Shown: one piece after another, positions 1-10,213 of the stretch
How positions within the stretch are numbered: the stretch's first letter is position 1
How the letters are laid out: the number at the start of each line of letters is the position of its first letter
Source of the DNA: Mycoplasma todarodis
Lineage (GTDB): Bacteria > Bacillota_I > Bacilli_A > Mycoplasmatales > Metamycoplasmataceae
DNA: 16,899 bases
Assembly: GCF_965212735.1 (NCBI RefSeq)
Contig: NZ_CBDBYJ010000003.1
Coordinates: 102,099-118,997 of the forward strand
Direction: 5' to 3'
Position numbers and translations under genes: made by a program
The notes under the pieces: generated by a model
Seen by the model: the letters and a program-made list of their open reading frames with translations, nothing else
Told to the model about the DNA's origin: nothing
Database searches by the model: none

Positions 1-475
1 AGATTTCTTTATTCTTTTCAAAGTTATCAATTTCAGATTTTCTATCTCTTTTGTAAACTCTTTCTTTAAATGTTTCTCATGAACATGTAAGAACGATATA
101 TAGTTTTGGGAATCCAATTTTTAACATGTTTTCAACTTCTTCTTCTCAAATTTTTGAATAGTAGCCTCAAATTGCTGGTTCATCGCCAAATCTATTGAAA
201 GCAAAAAGCTTATCCTCAAGAATTGATCTATCAAATACATGTAAAAGACCTGTTTCAACTCTTTGTTTGTATATTCTTACTCTATTTAACAACATATCAA
301 ATTGGAATAAGTATGCTGATATTCCGTCGCCTTCCATCATTCCTTTTAGAAGTGCTCCTTGCATTTTATCGCTGTCGTCTAATTCTTGAACTGCTGGTAA
401 TTTTAGGTTTCTAACTAATGTAGATTTTCCTACGGCAACTGGGCCTCCAACTATAATTGTGTTTGCTTGTTTCAT
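1..475 (-). CDS. Deoxynucleoside (deoxyadenosine/deoxyguanosine-type) kinase, C-terminus beyond window edge
   Basis: P-loop GGPVAVGKST near N-terminus and FDRSILEDKLFA (DRS motif of dNK family). Reads through TGA at about 167 as Trp (GDEPAIWGYYSKIWEEEVENMLKIGFPKLYIVLTCSWETFKERVYKRDRKSEIDN...). A GTG 6 nt upstream (481) is an alternative start. Confidence 0.85.
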
Positions 476-540
476 GTTCACCTTTTCCTTTACTTAAATA
501 ATAACAAATTGCATAATAAAAATAATTCAAAATGAACTAT

Positions 541-1887
541 TTATTTTCTTAAAATCGTTGAGAATACTATTTCATCTATTTTATCTATATTTCTTAATCT
601 AGTTGTTTCAACTCAATCTTTAAAGAAGTTGCATTCTTTTAATCTTCTAAATACGTTTGAATAAGCCATAGAAACATTAATAAGATTTTCTAAAGCTTCT
701 AAATCTTCATTTTTTTGTGTTGCACTTTGTGGTGTAACTGCACCCTTAGGATCTGCCTTTGTAGTTTTTGAATCTTTTGCTGTAGACTTTGGGTCTGTGG
801 TTGGTTTTTTTGGAGTTATCGATTTATGTATGTTGGCAACTAACAATGTTAAATCTTCTTGTGAAGCTTCAAACAAATCTTTATATCTTTCAGCAATACC
901 CGATTGAGAAAGTTTTGTTTTAATGTTTGCAGATACTTTACTTATATCTGTAGCTGCTTTGATTTCTTCACCTTTTGCTTTAGCATCATTAAATATTCCT
1001 TCAAATTCTTTAACAGTATTATCTAATTGCTCTTTAGCAGAAACTGTTGCAGCGTTCTTTTCAAATAAGTCAAATACTTCTGAAACAACTTTACCATCAG
1101 CATCTTTATGTGAAAACTTAATGTGTTCGATATTTTTACTTTGCATGTTTTTCAATGTATCAAATAACATTTTTGGAGTAAATGCTTTATCTGCTTGTTT
1201 ATTGCCAAGAGTAACATCTAAATCTTCAGACATTAGCATACCCATTCCTTTTGCAATTGATAGCATTACATCATTGATTGTATTTGCTTTGCTGAATTTA
1301 TCAAGTTCAACTTCTAAAACACCATTATTAAGTTTTGATGAGTCAATCATTTTTAATGAAGGTTTTAAGGGATGATATTCTAAATTTTGGTCAGTAATTA
1401 TTAAGTCTTTACTTTCTTTAATTGGGAATGTTTTCCTATCAGAAGTAACAGTAGCTTTAACTACATCCTGAACCATTAAATTGTTAACATTTTTAAGTTT
1501 ATCGTTCAGTATTTTAATTTTTTCTTGGAATGTTGTTTTGTTCTTCTCAAGTTCTTGAAAATCAAAATCTAAAACTGGTTGAAAATTCAATTTTTCTTTT
1601 GTACTTTCTTTATATCTCGCAACTTCTAATTTAAGGTGTGCACGTGCTTGTAATAGCATTCCTACAAGTCCTTCACCTAATTGAAGACTCATTTTTCCTT
1701 CACCATCTTTACCACTTAGGATTAATTCTTTTTCTAAATTAATTTTAATTGAAGAGTTATCTATATTTGAATCTGTACCGTTTCAATCCTTAGATAAACC
1801 ATCACTACAAGAAATCGCAACCGCCATTGGTGCAGCAACTACTAGGGCTAAAGAAGAAGATAGCATTAATTTTCTTTTAATTTTCAT
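541..1887 (-). CDS. Predicted lipoprotein (448 aa)
   Basis: Starts MKIKRKLMLSSSLALVVAAPMAVAISCSDG (signal peptide and lipobox Cys); AAAGGAG RBS; extends the 613..1692 ORF in frame through TGA (Trp) on both sides; ends ...RNIDKIDEIVFSTILRK-TAA. Confidence 0.88.
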
Positions 1888-1925
1888 ATTCTTCTCCTTT
1901 CTCACCTTGTAGTTTTATAGTTTAA

Positions 1926-1934
1926 ATTATATCA
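1926..1934 (-). promoter_or_regulatory. Extended -10 promoter element (TGATATAAT) for the lipoprotein gene
   Basis: Minus strand TGATATAAT about 40 nt upstream of the ATG at 1887. Confidence 0.5.
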
Positions 1935-1957
1935 ACATTCTTATAAAAGAAAAAGGC

Positions 1958-1986
1958 ATAAAAAAAGAACTATTTCTTTTTAGTTC
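1958..1986 (-). terminator. Intrinsic terminator of topA, overlapping the end of the coding region
   Basis: Minus strand GAACTA-AAAAGAAA-TAGTTC then TTTTTTT; arms 1967-1972 and 1981-1986. The TAG stop lies in the 3' arm. Confidence 0.8.
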
Positions 1987-3823
1987 AATTTCTTTTACCA
2001 GTTCATCTTTTTCTATTAGGATCTGATGCTGTATATGTACATGCTGGTCAGTTAGCACAAGCGATGAATTTATCACCTTTTCTTGAACGTTTGAAGATTA
2101 ATTGACCACCATCTTCTGGACAAGGTTCTGTACTTGCTGGGATTGGAATTAGTTTTGTGTGTTCCATAGTATCTTGAGCACTTTCAATTTGGTCATTGAA
2201 TTTATCTCAGAACTCTTGCATTAATTCTTTGTAATCTGTATCGCCATCAGCAATTTTATCTAAATCAGATTCTACTTTAGCTGTATAGTCTTCATTAATG
2301 ATTTTTTGGAAGTGTGTAGTTAATTTTTCAGAAACAACTTTACCAAAATCAGTTGGTTTAAGAGCCCTTCCTTCTTTTTCTACATATTCACGTTCTTTAA
2401 TCTTATTAACTGTTGCAGCGAATGTTGAAGGACGTCCTACACCGATGTTATCCATCTTCTCGATGATAGAACCTTCATTATATCTTGCAGGTGGTTGTGT
2501 AGCCTTAGCTTCTTTAACGTATTCTTGAACGTTAACAATTTCACCTTTTTCATAAACAGGTAATTCATTATCGTTTGAGTAACCTGTAACTTTTAAGTAA
2601 CCATCGAATACAACTTTAGAAGCTGACATCTTGAATCTGTGTTCACCATTAACTAGTTCATATCTTAAGATTTCTCTTTCTGGTTGAACCATTAATGCTT
2701 GCATAGTCCTGTTGTAAATAACTTGATAAACTTTGAACTCTGCTGGTTTAAGTGAGAATATTCCTTTTGCTTTTGAAGGAGTCATCGCAATGTTTGTTGG
2801 ACGGATGGCCTCGTGGGCATCTTGATCTCCAGCAACACCTTTAACTTCTGATGATACGTATTCTGCACCAAACTCTTTAGCGATATATGCTTGAGCTTGT
2901 TTTACGAATGTAGCTGACATTCTTGTTGAGTCAGTACGTGGGTATGAGATAAGTCCACCATCTCCAAAACCTTCATAAAGTCTTTGAGCTGCTGATTGGA
3001 TTTGTCTTGATGAAAGACCTGTTGATGATTCTGCAGTTTTATAAAGAACGGCTTGTTTGAATGGTGTACGTTTTGCATCTTTACGTTTTGAAACTTTAAC
3101 TTCATCAACTGTTAGTGGTCCGTTTAATGCTGAGAATACTTCATCAATCTCATTTGGCATAATTCATTCTTTGTTTTTTTCAGCTGATTTTGGATTGTAA
3201 TATTTTGCTGTAACTTCATCATTGATAATTGCTTCAACATTGAAGTAGTCTACAGGAATGAATGCATCGATTTCTGCTTCTCTATCAACTATTAATTTAA
3301 GAGCGATTGATTGAACACGTCCAGCTGTTGGTCTAGTTGGGTAGTTAGACATCTTTTGAGCCATTAGTGTTGAAAGTCTATAACCAATGATACGGTCTAA
3401 CATTCTTCTTGTCTTTTGTGAGTTAACTAATGCTTCATCAATTACTGATGGTTTGTTTATAGCTTCGTTAACAGCGTCTTTTGTGATTTCGTTAAAACGA
3501 ATTCTTTTATACTTATCTTCAACTCCAAGGAATTCAACTAAGTTATCTCCTATGGCCTCACCCTCACGATCGGGATCGGTTGCGATATAAACGAAATCTG
3601 CTTTCTTAACTTCTTTTTTAAGATCGGCAACTACTGTCTTTTTAGTTGGGTCCAATTTATATTGTGGTTCTCATTTTTCAGTGTCAATTCCAAGACGGAA
3701 TAATCCTACTGAAGGCAGTTTAACTATGTGTCCAACTGATGCCTTTACTACATAACCTTCTCCAAGGTATTTTTCTATTGATTTTATTTTGTTTGGTGAT
3801 TCTACGATTACTAATTTATTCAT
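1970..3823 (-). CDS. topA: DNA topoisomerase I (617 aa)
   Basis: [33 protein letters not shown]..., [41 protein letters not shown] (active-site Tyr), [21 protein letters not shown]. Two TGA codons separate the supplied ORF fragments; stop TAG at 1970-1972. Confidence 0.97.
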
Positions 3824-3957
3824 GCTAAAAGTTTACCCTATTTATCATGTTTTACAAAATGCCCCTTTATATATAAACACCTTATTCTTTAAAGGTGCTT
3901 GCCACCATGCCCTAATGAATGCTACTTTTTAATAAGTTTAAACTCTAAATAAAGGTT

Positions 3958-3963
3958 TATAAT
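3958..3963 (+). promoter_or_regulatory. -10 box TATAAT for the 56-aa ORF
   Basis: TATAAT 38 nt upstream of the ATG at 4002; RBS AAAGGAG present. Confidence 0.5.
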
Positions 3964-4001
3964 TGTAATGAAAAAATAATATTTATAAAGGAGAAAAATC
4001 A

Positions 4002-4172
4002 ATGGTTAAATTTACAAGAATCAAAGGAATGACACAAGAAAGTGTTGCTCAAAAAACAGCTGACGAAGCTTCAAGATTACTTAAAGAAGGATTTGAAATT
4101 ATTTCAATCACACAGTATGCAGATGCTGGTTCAATTGGTAGAAATAAAGCAGCTACAATTTACTACAAATAA
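4002..4172 (+). CDS. Conserved-looking small protein of unknown function (56 aa)
   Basis: MVKFTRIKGMTQESVAQKTADEASRLLKEGFEIISITQYADAGSIGRNKAATIYYK-TAA; RBS AAAGGAG at a good distance, TATAAT promoter, terminator directly after the stop. Confidence 0.8.
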   Translation: MVKFTRIKGMTQESVAQKTADEASRLLKEGFEIISITQYADAGSIGRNKAATIYYK

Positions 4173-4197
4173 TAAAAAAGAGCAATGCTCTTTTTTT
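4172..4197. terminator. Bidirectional intrinsic terminator between the 56-aa gene and dprA
   Basis: AAAAAAGAGCAATGCTCTTTTTTT, near-perfect palindrome flanked by A/T tracts. Confidence 0.8.
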
Positions 4198-4936
4198 ATT
4201 TATCCATATCTTTTATTGATGTAATTAGGTTGGCTCCTTGCTTAATTAATTCAGTGTTTCCATCATCTAAATTATCAGTTCCTGGGAAGCAATAAATCTC
4301 TTTTCCTTGGTTTAAAAATTGGGATACTAGGTTCATAATTCCACCATCTTTTTCGGAAGAAAACAGTACTAAAGACTCAGCAAAAGCAGCAATAATTCTG
4401 TTTCTAGCTCTCAATCTTTCCTTCTTAATGTTGGTGTTTTGAGGGTATTCTGACACCACTAAAACATGTTCTCCAGGTTCAATTTTGGTTGCTAAAAACG
4501 GGTCTTCAACGTTGTTTGCAGAGACTATTAACAGGTCTTTTTTATGCTCTAAAACCCTCTTTAAAACAAACTGATCCACACCTTTATAAATTGCAGAAAC
4601 AATGGCATGTCTATGTGTAATTTCACTTATTGAATTATTAATTCATTTCTTAACATTAAGAGTTAATTCATTACCACTTGCACACATAAATGTTTTCTTT
4701 AATATATCTAAATTCCCTCTATAAAATAGAACGAATGGTGGTTTATACGCTTTCTTTAATTGATTAGGATATCCAAGGTCTAATATGGTTATCGCGTTTA
4801 TATCCTGCTTTTTCATCTTTTCTTCTAAATCCTTCAATTCCCTGAGAGATATCTTTTCTTTTTCTTCAAGAGCTTGATAGATCCTATCTCAATCACCCTT
4901 GTATTTAATAGCAAATCATATTAATATTATGTTCAT
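4196..4936 (-). CDS. dprA: DNA processing protein DprA/Smf (246 aa)
   Basis: Rossmann-like segment ...VVSEYPQN...RNRIIAAFAESLVLFSSEKDGGIMNLVSQFLNQGKEIYCFPG...GNTELIKQGANLITS. Fragments 4196..4579 and 4643..4837 join in frame through TGA=Trp; N-terminus MNIILIWFAIKYKGDWDRIYQALEEK; RBS AGGAGGT. Confidence 0.88.
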
Positions 4937-5042
4937 TCATACCTCCTACATATATATTGTTTTTATAAGAAAAAAATTCAAAACAAAAATATTACTTATG
5001 TAAATTGATGTATGTTTAATTGCGATTCAAAAGAGGAAATTA

Positions 5043-5066
5043 AAAAACACCAAGGTAGGTGTTTTT
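5043..5066 (-). terminator. Intrinsic terminator downstream of the propeller-like gene
   Basis: Minus strand AAAAACACC-TACCTT-GGTGTTTTT then TTAATT. Confidence 0.75.
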
Positions 5067-5071
5067 ACTTA

Positions 5072-6628
5072 TTATTCTGATTTTCTAAAGAAACAAATCA
5101 TAGCTAATAGCATTGATAGTCCAGCCATTATAGTTAGTATAACTAAGATGGTAAAACCTCTATTATCAGTCTTATCTGCAATCGGCGTGATACTTTTCTT
5201 CCCATTTATTTGTTTTGCGTTTATTTCTTTTTCTTCTGTTGTATTGAATAATGTACCCTTAATTGTCTTGGGTGTTTCGTATGGAGTTTTAACCTCAATA
5301 CTTACATTAATCTTCCCATTAGAAGGGTTTACAGAAGCTGTAATATTACCTAAAGTTGAATATTTCATTTTAGGTATTGTAATATCTGAATATTTACCTA
5401 ATGAATTAGAATCCACTATTTCTTTAGCTATTTCAGCAGCGGTTTTATTGCCTTGATTTTTAATTTCAACAGCTTTAAAAAGATTCTCGATAAAGTCTTC
5501 ATTTATTTTTGCAATCTTTGAATAATCAATTTTAGCAAGTCCTGCTTTCTCAGGGTCTTTAGATGTTAATCCTACATATATAGTATCCTTCATCTTTTGC
5601 ATAAATGTATATGAGTTTTGGTCATCAATAGTAGTGATTCTTCCATTAACTAATGTTCTTAAACCGCTTCCTGATCCTATGTAAATAATTCCATCTATTT
5701 TATTGATGAATGCACCTGCAACAGAGGTTTTATCGATTGTTCCGTCTTCAAATTTAGCAACTGGGCTTAACATCTTACCATCTAATTTCATAAGTCCTTG
5801 ATCGTAAGTTCCTACATAAACAACGCCATCGATTTCTTTCATGAAACCACCTGCAACATCAGTGCTATCATCACCTCCGGATGTTGTTTCTAATGCTGGA
5901 GTAAGTTTATCGCCCTCCAGTTTCATAAGTCCTTTATCATTTGTACCAACGTATATAGTTCCGTTTATCTCTTTTATGAAACCATTAAGAACACTTGTAG
6001 TGTCATCTTTACCAGATTTCTTTGCTGCCTGAACAAGTTCGCCATTTTCTAGTTTCATCAACCCTTTATCAGCAGTTCCTACATAAATAGTTTTGTTTAT
6101 CTCTTTGATAAACCCATGATGAACTTGCGTTTCGTCCACACTTGTATTTGTATTCTTGTTTGTCTTGTGCATAATTGGAAAAATGTTCCCATTTTCCCAT
6201 TTCTTTAACCCTTTATGAGCTGTACCTATATAGATTGTTTTACCTATTTTTTCTATAAAGCCATCTTCAAGATCAACTTGTGATTCAGGAAGCACAGGAA
6301 CTAATTTATTGTTTTCTAATTTCATAAGTCCTTTATTAGCTGTACCTACATAGAAAGTTCCATCTATTTCCTTGATGAATTTCTCCATGTTCTTATGTTT
6401 ATCAATCATTGTTACCGGAGGTTCAACAACCGGTGCACTTGGGGTTTGCATATATGAGTCTGTATAAATGGTCATACTGTTTTTTAAGTTATTATTCGCA
6501 AAAAGGTTTTCTTGCTTGTTGTTTTGACTTCCATTTAGGTTCGTTGGGCTTATTGCAGCTATAGTTATAGGCGCAACAACTGCAGCAACGACTCCTAATG
6601 ACATTGCGATTCTTTTATTTATTTTCAT
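5072..6628 (-). CDS. Secreted/anchored surface protein with seven propeller-like repeats (518 aa)
   Basis: N-terminal signal/TM (MSLGVVAAVVAPITIAAIS), seven repeats of the type GFIKEINGTIYVGTxDKGLMKLENGKLxP, C-terminal TM (GFTILVILTIMAGLSMLLAMICFF) then RKSE; RBS AGGGAGAA. Confidence 0.85.
   Translation of the reverse strand: MKINKRIAMSLGVVAAVVAPITIAAISPTNLNGSQNNKQENLFANNNLKNSMTIYTDSYMQTPSAPVVEPPVTMIDKHKNMEKFIKEIDGTFYVGTANKGLMKLENNKLVPVLPESQVDLEDGFIEKIGKTIYIGTAHKGLKKWENGNIFPIMHKTNKNTNTSVDETQVHHGFIKEINKTIYVGTADKGLMKLENGELVQAAKKSGKDDTTSVLNGFIKEINGTIYVGTNDKGLMKLEGDKLTPALETTSGGDDSTDVAGGFMKEIDGVVYVGTYDQGLMKLDGKMLSPVAKFEDGTIDKTSVAGAFINKIDGIIYIGSGSGLRTLVNGRITTIDDQNSYTFMQKMKDTIYVGLTSKDPEKAGLAKIDYSKIAKINEDFIENLFKAVEIKNQGNKTAAEIAKEIVDSNSLGKYSDITIPKMKYSTLGNITASVNPSNGKINVSIEVKTPYETPKTIKGTLFNTTEEKEINAKQINGKKSITPIADKTDNRGFTILVILTIMAGLSMLLAMICFFRKSE
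5513..6379 (-). repeat. Seven in-frame tandem protein repeats (35-49 aa period)
   Basis: Repeat cores start at residues 84, 124, 173, 217, 262, 307 and 342, each (F/FI/FM)xxI(D/N)(G/K)(T)xYVGTxxxGLxKLxxGxLxP; the last two are degenerate. Confidence 0.8.
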
Positions 6629-6902
6629 TTTTTTCTCCCTAGATCATTTAAAAAAATCAAAATATAGATTTGCCGTACCAATAGACAATAAATTTGATGA
6701 TTTAAATGGTTTTTATTTCAACATACATTAAAATTTAACCAATATCTAGAATATATAAATAATTCTTATTTCTTATTACAATACAATTATATTGTTTTTT
6801 GACTTATATCACCATTTTTTAGTTGCAAATTCAATAATTTAAACATATAAAATTACATACTCCCCTTTATATATGTGTATTTTTACCCATTTTTGTAAAA
6901 AA

Positions 6903-6935
6903 AATAAAGAAAAACCCAGGAACTAGTCCTGAGTT
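6903..6935 (-). terminator. Intrinsic terminator of the cold-shock gene
   Basis: Minus strand AACTCAGGA-CTAGT-TCCTGGGTT then TTTC; one G-U pair; arms 6913-6921 and 6927-6935. Confidence 0.7.
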
Positions 6936-6956
6936 AAGCTATTTGTGATGTTCTAA

Positions 6957-7169
6957 TTAAGCGTTAGCTTGTTTAGTAACAACAACGTTTTTAGCTCTTT
7001 CTTTTCCATCTACAGTTTCAACTTCGAATTCAACTGTGTCATTTTGGTATAGGTTTCTGAAACCTGACCCTGAGATTGCTGAGAAATGTACGAATACGTC
7101 TTCTCTACCTTCAACACCGATAAATCCAAAACCTTTAGTTTCATTAAAGAATTTTACTTTTCCTGTCAT
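6957..7169 (-). CDS. Cold-shock domain protein (70 aa)
   Basis: [51 protein letters not shown]: RNP1 KGFGFI and RNP2 VFVHF; RBS AAGGAG. Confidence 0.96.
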   Translation of the reverse strand: MTGKVKFFNETKGFGFIGVEGREDVFVHFSAISGSGFRNLYQNDTVEFEVETVDGKERAKNVVVTKQANA

Positions 7170-7224
7170 AATATATATCTCCTTCCATATGCTTACACAC
7201 TTCTTGGAGCGTATACATAAATAT

Positions 7225-7230
7225 ATTATA
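7225..7230 (-). promoter_or_regulatory. -10 box (TATAAT) for the cold-shock gene
   Basis: Minus strand CACTATATAATATAT, about 55 nt upstream of the ATG. Confidence 0.5.
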
Positions 7231-7323
7231 TAGTGTTTTAGAGGGTTGATGACATTAATATGCTTTTTCTTTTTTTATTGGATTTTATTATTCCCCTTAT
7301 ATATAGAGGGGTTAAAAATGACG

Positions 7324-7357
7324 TGAAAAAAACCCGCTCGCCAAAGACAGGTTTTCT
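7324..7357. terminator. Terminator-like hairpin in a gene-free region
   Basis: Minus strand AAACCTG-TCTTTGGCGAG-CGGGTTTTTTT (one G-U pair); plus strand AAAAAAACCCG...CAGGTTTTCTTT also plausible. Confidence 0.6.
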
Positions 7358-7949
7358 TTGTACTCAGTCAAGCCAATAACCGAATACTTAATATTTATTC
7401 TGAGAGAGAATACACTTTATAATGAAGAATTAAATTCATATTATTCAGACTTTAATTCATAACGTGAGTGTGCATCGCCAAATAAACACAAGCACCATCA
7501 TAAAATGTTTTATATTAAAATTATTAATACACGTAATTTTTCAATTACATATTTATTATACACATTTTTTTTATCTTTTTTATCAGTTATATAAACTTTT
7601 TTAATTATTTTTATTTCTCAGAACAAAAAAAGCACCTATAGGACACCGCACACCTTAAATTTTATGCTATGAGTAGCAATATTCTTGGTGCAAATTTATT
7701 GAATTTTATAAATAAAGCCCATTTTAACATGCTTTTAGACCGGAAAACAGAGACTAATAAAACGTGTAATTTAGGCACTTGTTTTAACCTCGATATTTTG
7801 CATATTTTCACCTTAATTTTGATCAATTACATCTTCTTAAGTTTCGTGCATATTACCACCCTATTCACAGATGTTAAAGTCATTCAATCATAAGGTTTAA
7901 GGTCATTTAAAACACTCCGCGTTAAACTTGCTAACATAACCTTATTTAA

Positions 7950-7985
7950 AAGAGAACTACCTTAGATGAGGTGTTCTCTTCTTTT
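7950..7985. terminator. Bidirectional terminator downstream of clpB
   Basis: AAGAGAAC-TACCT...AGGT-GTTCTCTT: perfect 8-bp outer stem (7950-7957 / 7973-7980) plus inner pairing, flanked by A and T tracts. Confidence 0.75.
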
Positions 7986-8017
7986 TATTTATAAAGAATT
8001 AAAAAACAAATGTGCCA

Positions 8018-10153
8018 TTATGACATCATTGTTTTTCTATCTTTGATCTTAAATTGTTTTAATGAGTAATCTATTTCATAGTAGTTTTTAGCTTTTATTT
8101 CTCCAGAAATAATTGCTTTTGCTAATATAGATTCGATATTTCTTTTAATATATCTCTTGATTGGTCTTGCTCCAAATGCTGGATCGTATGAATTATCGGC
8201 AATTGCGGCTATAGCTTTTTCGGAGAAAGTTAGGCTGATTTTTTGCTCGTTAACCCTTTTTATTAATTTTTTAAGTTCTAATTCTACGATTTTAGCAATA
8301 ACTTTCTTGTCTAATGAGTTGAAAGGAGTAATCTCATCGATCCTATTAATAAACTCAGGACGTAGATATTTCATCAATATCTCTTTAGGTTTGATACGTT
8401 TCTTATCTAACATCTCTTGTGCACCTAAGTTTGTTGTCATTATTACTATTGTGTTCTTGAAGTTTACAAGTTTACCTTTTGAATCAGTAACTTGTCCATC
8501 ATCTAGTATTTGTAACAAGATGTTTAATACATCTGGGTGTGCTTTTTCGATTTCATCGAATAAAACAATTGAATAAGGTTTTCTTCTAACTGCTTCTGTT
8601 AGTTGACCACCATCACCATATCCCACATATCCTGGAGGAGAACCAATTAATCTGGCTACAGTGTGTTTCTCCATATATTCAGACATGTCTAATCTAATCA
8701 TGGCTTTTTCAGTGTCAAACAGGTTTCTTGCCAATGCTCTCGCAACTTCTGTTTTACCAACACCTGTTGGACCCATGAATATAAATGAACCAATTGGTCT
8801 GTTAGGATCATTAATATTTGCTTTTGATCTTAGGATAGCGTCAGTTACAAGTTCAAGTGCTTCATCTTGACCTTTTACTGACTCTTCTAATGATTCTTTT
8901 AATTTTAATAGTTTTTCTTTTTGTGACTCTAGTAAGTTGTTAAGTGGAATACCAGTTCATTTTGACACGATACCGGCTATCTCATCAGAAGTTACAACTT
9001 CTTTAACTAAAGTATTATTATTCTCTTGTATGTTGATTTGAGCTTGTTTAAGCTTCTCTTCAATTTCAGGAATTCTAGAATACATAATTTCGGAGGCATT
9101 CTCAAATTTTCCTTCAACTTGGAATCTATTCAATTCTGCTTTCGCATTTGCTAAATCCTCTTTAAGATTTTGTACACTAAGCACCACATCTTTCTCTTGT
9201 TTTCACTTATTAGTTAATTCTTCTTGGTTAGTATTAGCTTTTGAAAGTTCTTCTTCAATCTTAACTAATCTTTCCTTAACTGAATCTGTGTCTTCTTTTG
9301 AAAGTGCTGCTTTCTCCATCTCTAATCTAGCAATAAGTTGTTTTACTTTTTCTAACTCTTCAGGCATTGAATTCATTTCTGTTTGAATTGCTGCTGCCGC
9401 TTCATCAATAAGGTCAATCGCTTTATCTGGTAAAAATCTGTCTGATATATATCTTGATGAAAGTTTTACAGCTGATATCAATGCATCATCTTTAATTGTT
9501 ACTCCATGGAAAGTTTCTAATCTTTCCTTTAGTCCTCTTAATATTGAGATTGAATCCTCTACAGTTGGTTCTGCAACAGGAATCTTTTGCATTCTACGTT
9601 CTAGAGCAGGGTCTGACTCAATGTATTTACGGTGTTCATCAAGTGTTGTTGCTCCAATTAAGTGCATTTCTCCTCTTGCAAGCATAGGTTTAATGATTTG
9701 AGCGGCATCCATACCACCTTCAGCATTTTTACCCATACCTATTAGAGTATGTATCTCATCGATAAAGATTATGATCTTACCATCAGATTCTTTAACTTTC
9801 TTCATAAGAGATTTCATTCTTTGTTCGAATTGTCCTTGATAACTTGCACCAGCTATCATAGATGGTAAATCTATTTCATACAACTCTTTATCTTTAAGGT
9901 TTTCAGGCACTTCGCCATTAGCAATCTTTTGTGCTAATCCTTCTACTATCGCTGTTTTACCAACACCAGGTTCTCCTACAAGAACCGGGTTGTTCTTAGT
10001 CTTACGTGTGAGGATACGTATGATACGTCTAATCTCTTCATCACGCCCTATTACAGGGTCTAATTTATTCCTTACAGCTTCATCGATTAGGTTACGCCCA
10101 TATTCTTTTAATGGGTCCTTTTCTGATTGGTTTGGTGTGAAATTAAAATCCAT
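8018..10153 (-). CDS. clpB: ATP-dependent disaggregase ClpB, form lacking the N-terminal domain (711 aa)
   Basis: Two AAA+ modules: [18 protein letters not shown] and [78 protein letters not shown]. Three supplied ORF fragments are in one frame split at TGA; RBS AAAGGAGG. Confidence 0.97.
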
Positions 10154-10199
10154 ATTATCCTCCTTTTATACAGAACATTATCATTTGTGTTCCTAAACA

Positions 10200-10205
10200 A
10201 TTATA
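10200..10205 (-). promoter_or_regulatory. -10 box (TATAAT) of clpB
   Basis: Minus strand AAGTATGTTATAATTG immediately downstream of the CIRCE palindrome, about 47 nt upstream of the ATG. Confidence 0.65.
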
Positions 10206-10213
10206 ACATACTT

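Noticed and set aside
923-1375. Plus-strand 150-aa ORF
   Set aside because: Exactly antisense to the well-supported lipoprotein gene; shadow ORF.
2204-3163. Apparent splitting of topA, clpB, dprA and others into several ORFs, suggesting pseudogenes
   Set aside because: Breaks are single in-frame TGA codons with conserved domains continuing; explained by the mycoplasma genetic code.
7225-7600. Riboswitch upstream of the cold-shock gene
   Set aside because: The structured region at 7330-7550 is separated from the gene by a terminator-like hairpin and a closer promoter, so it would not be in the same leader.
7669-7893. Plus-strand 74-aa ORF (MSSNILGANLLNFINKAHFN...)
   Set aside because: No SD, low-complexity AT-driven composition, no recognisable motif; probably spurious, though the hydrophobic stretch means it cannot be fully excluded.
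8157-8576. Plus-strand 139-aa ORF, and similar plus-strand ORFs at 8661, 9496, 9990, 12465, 16368
   Set aside because: Antisense shadows of clpB, the exonuclease and the permease.
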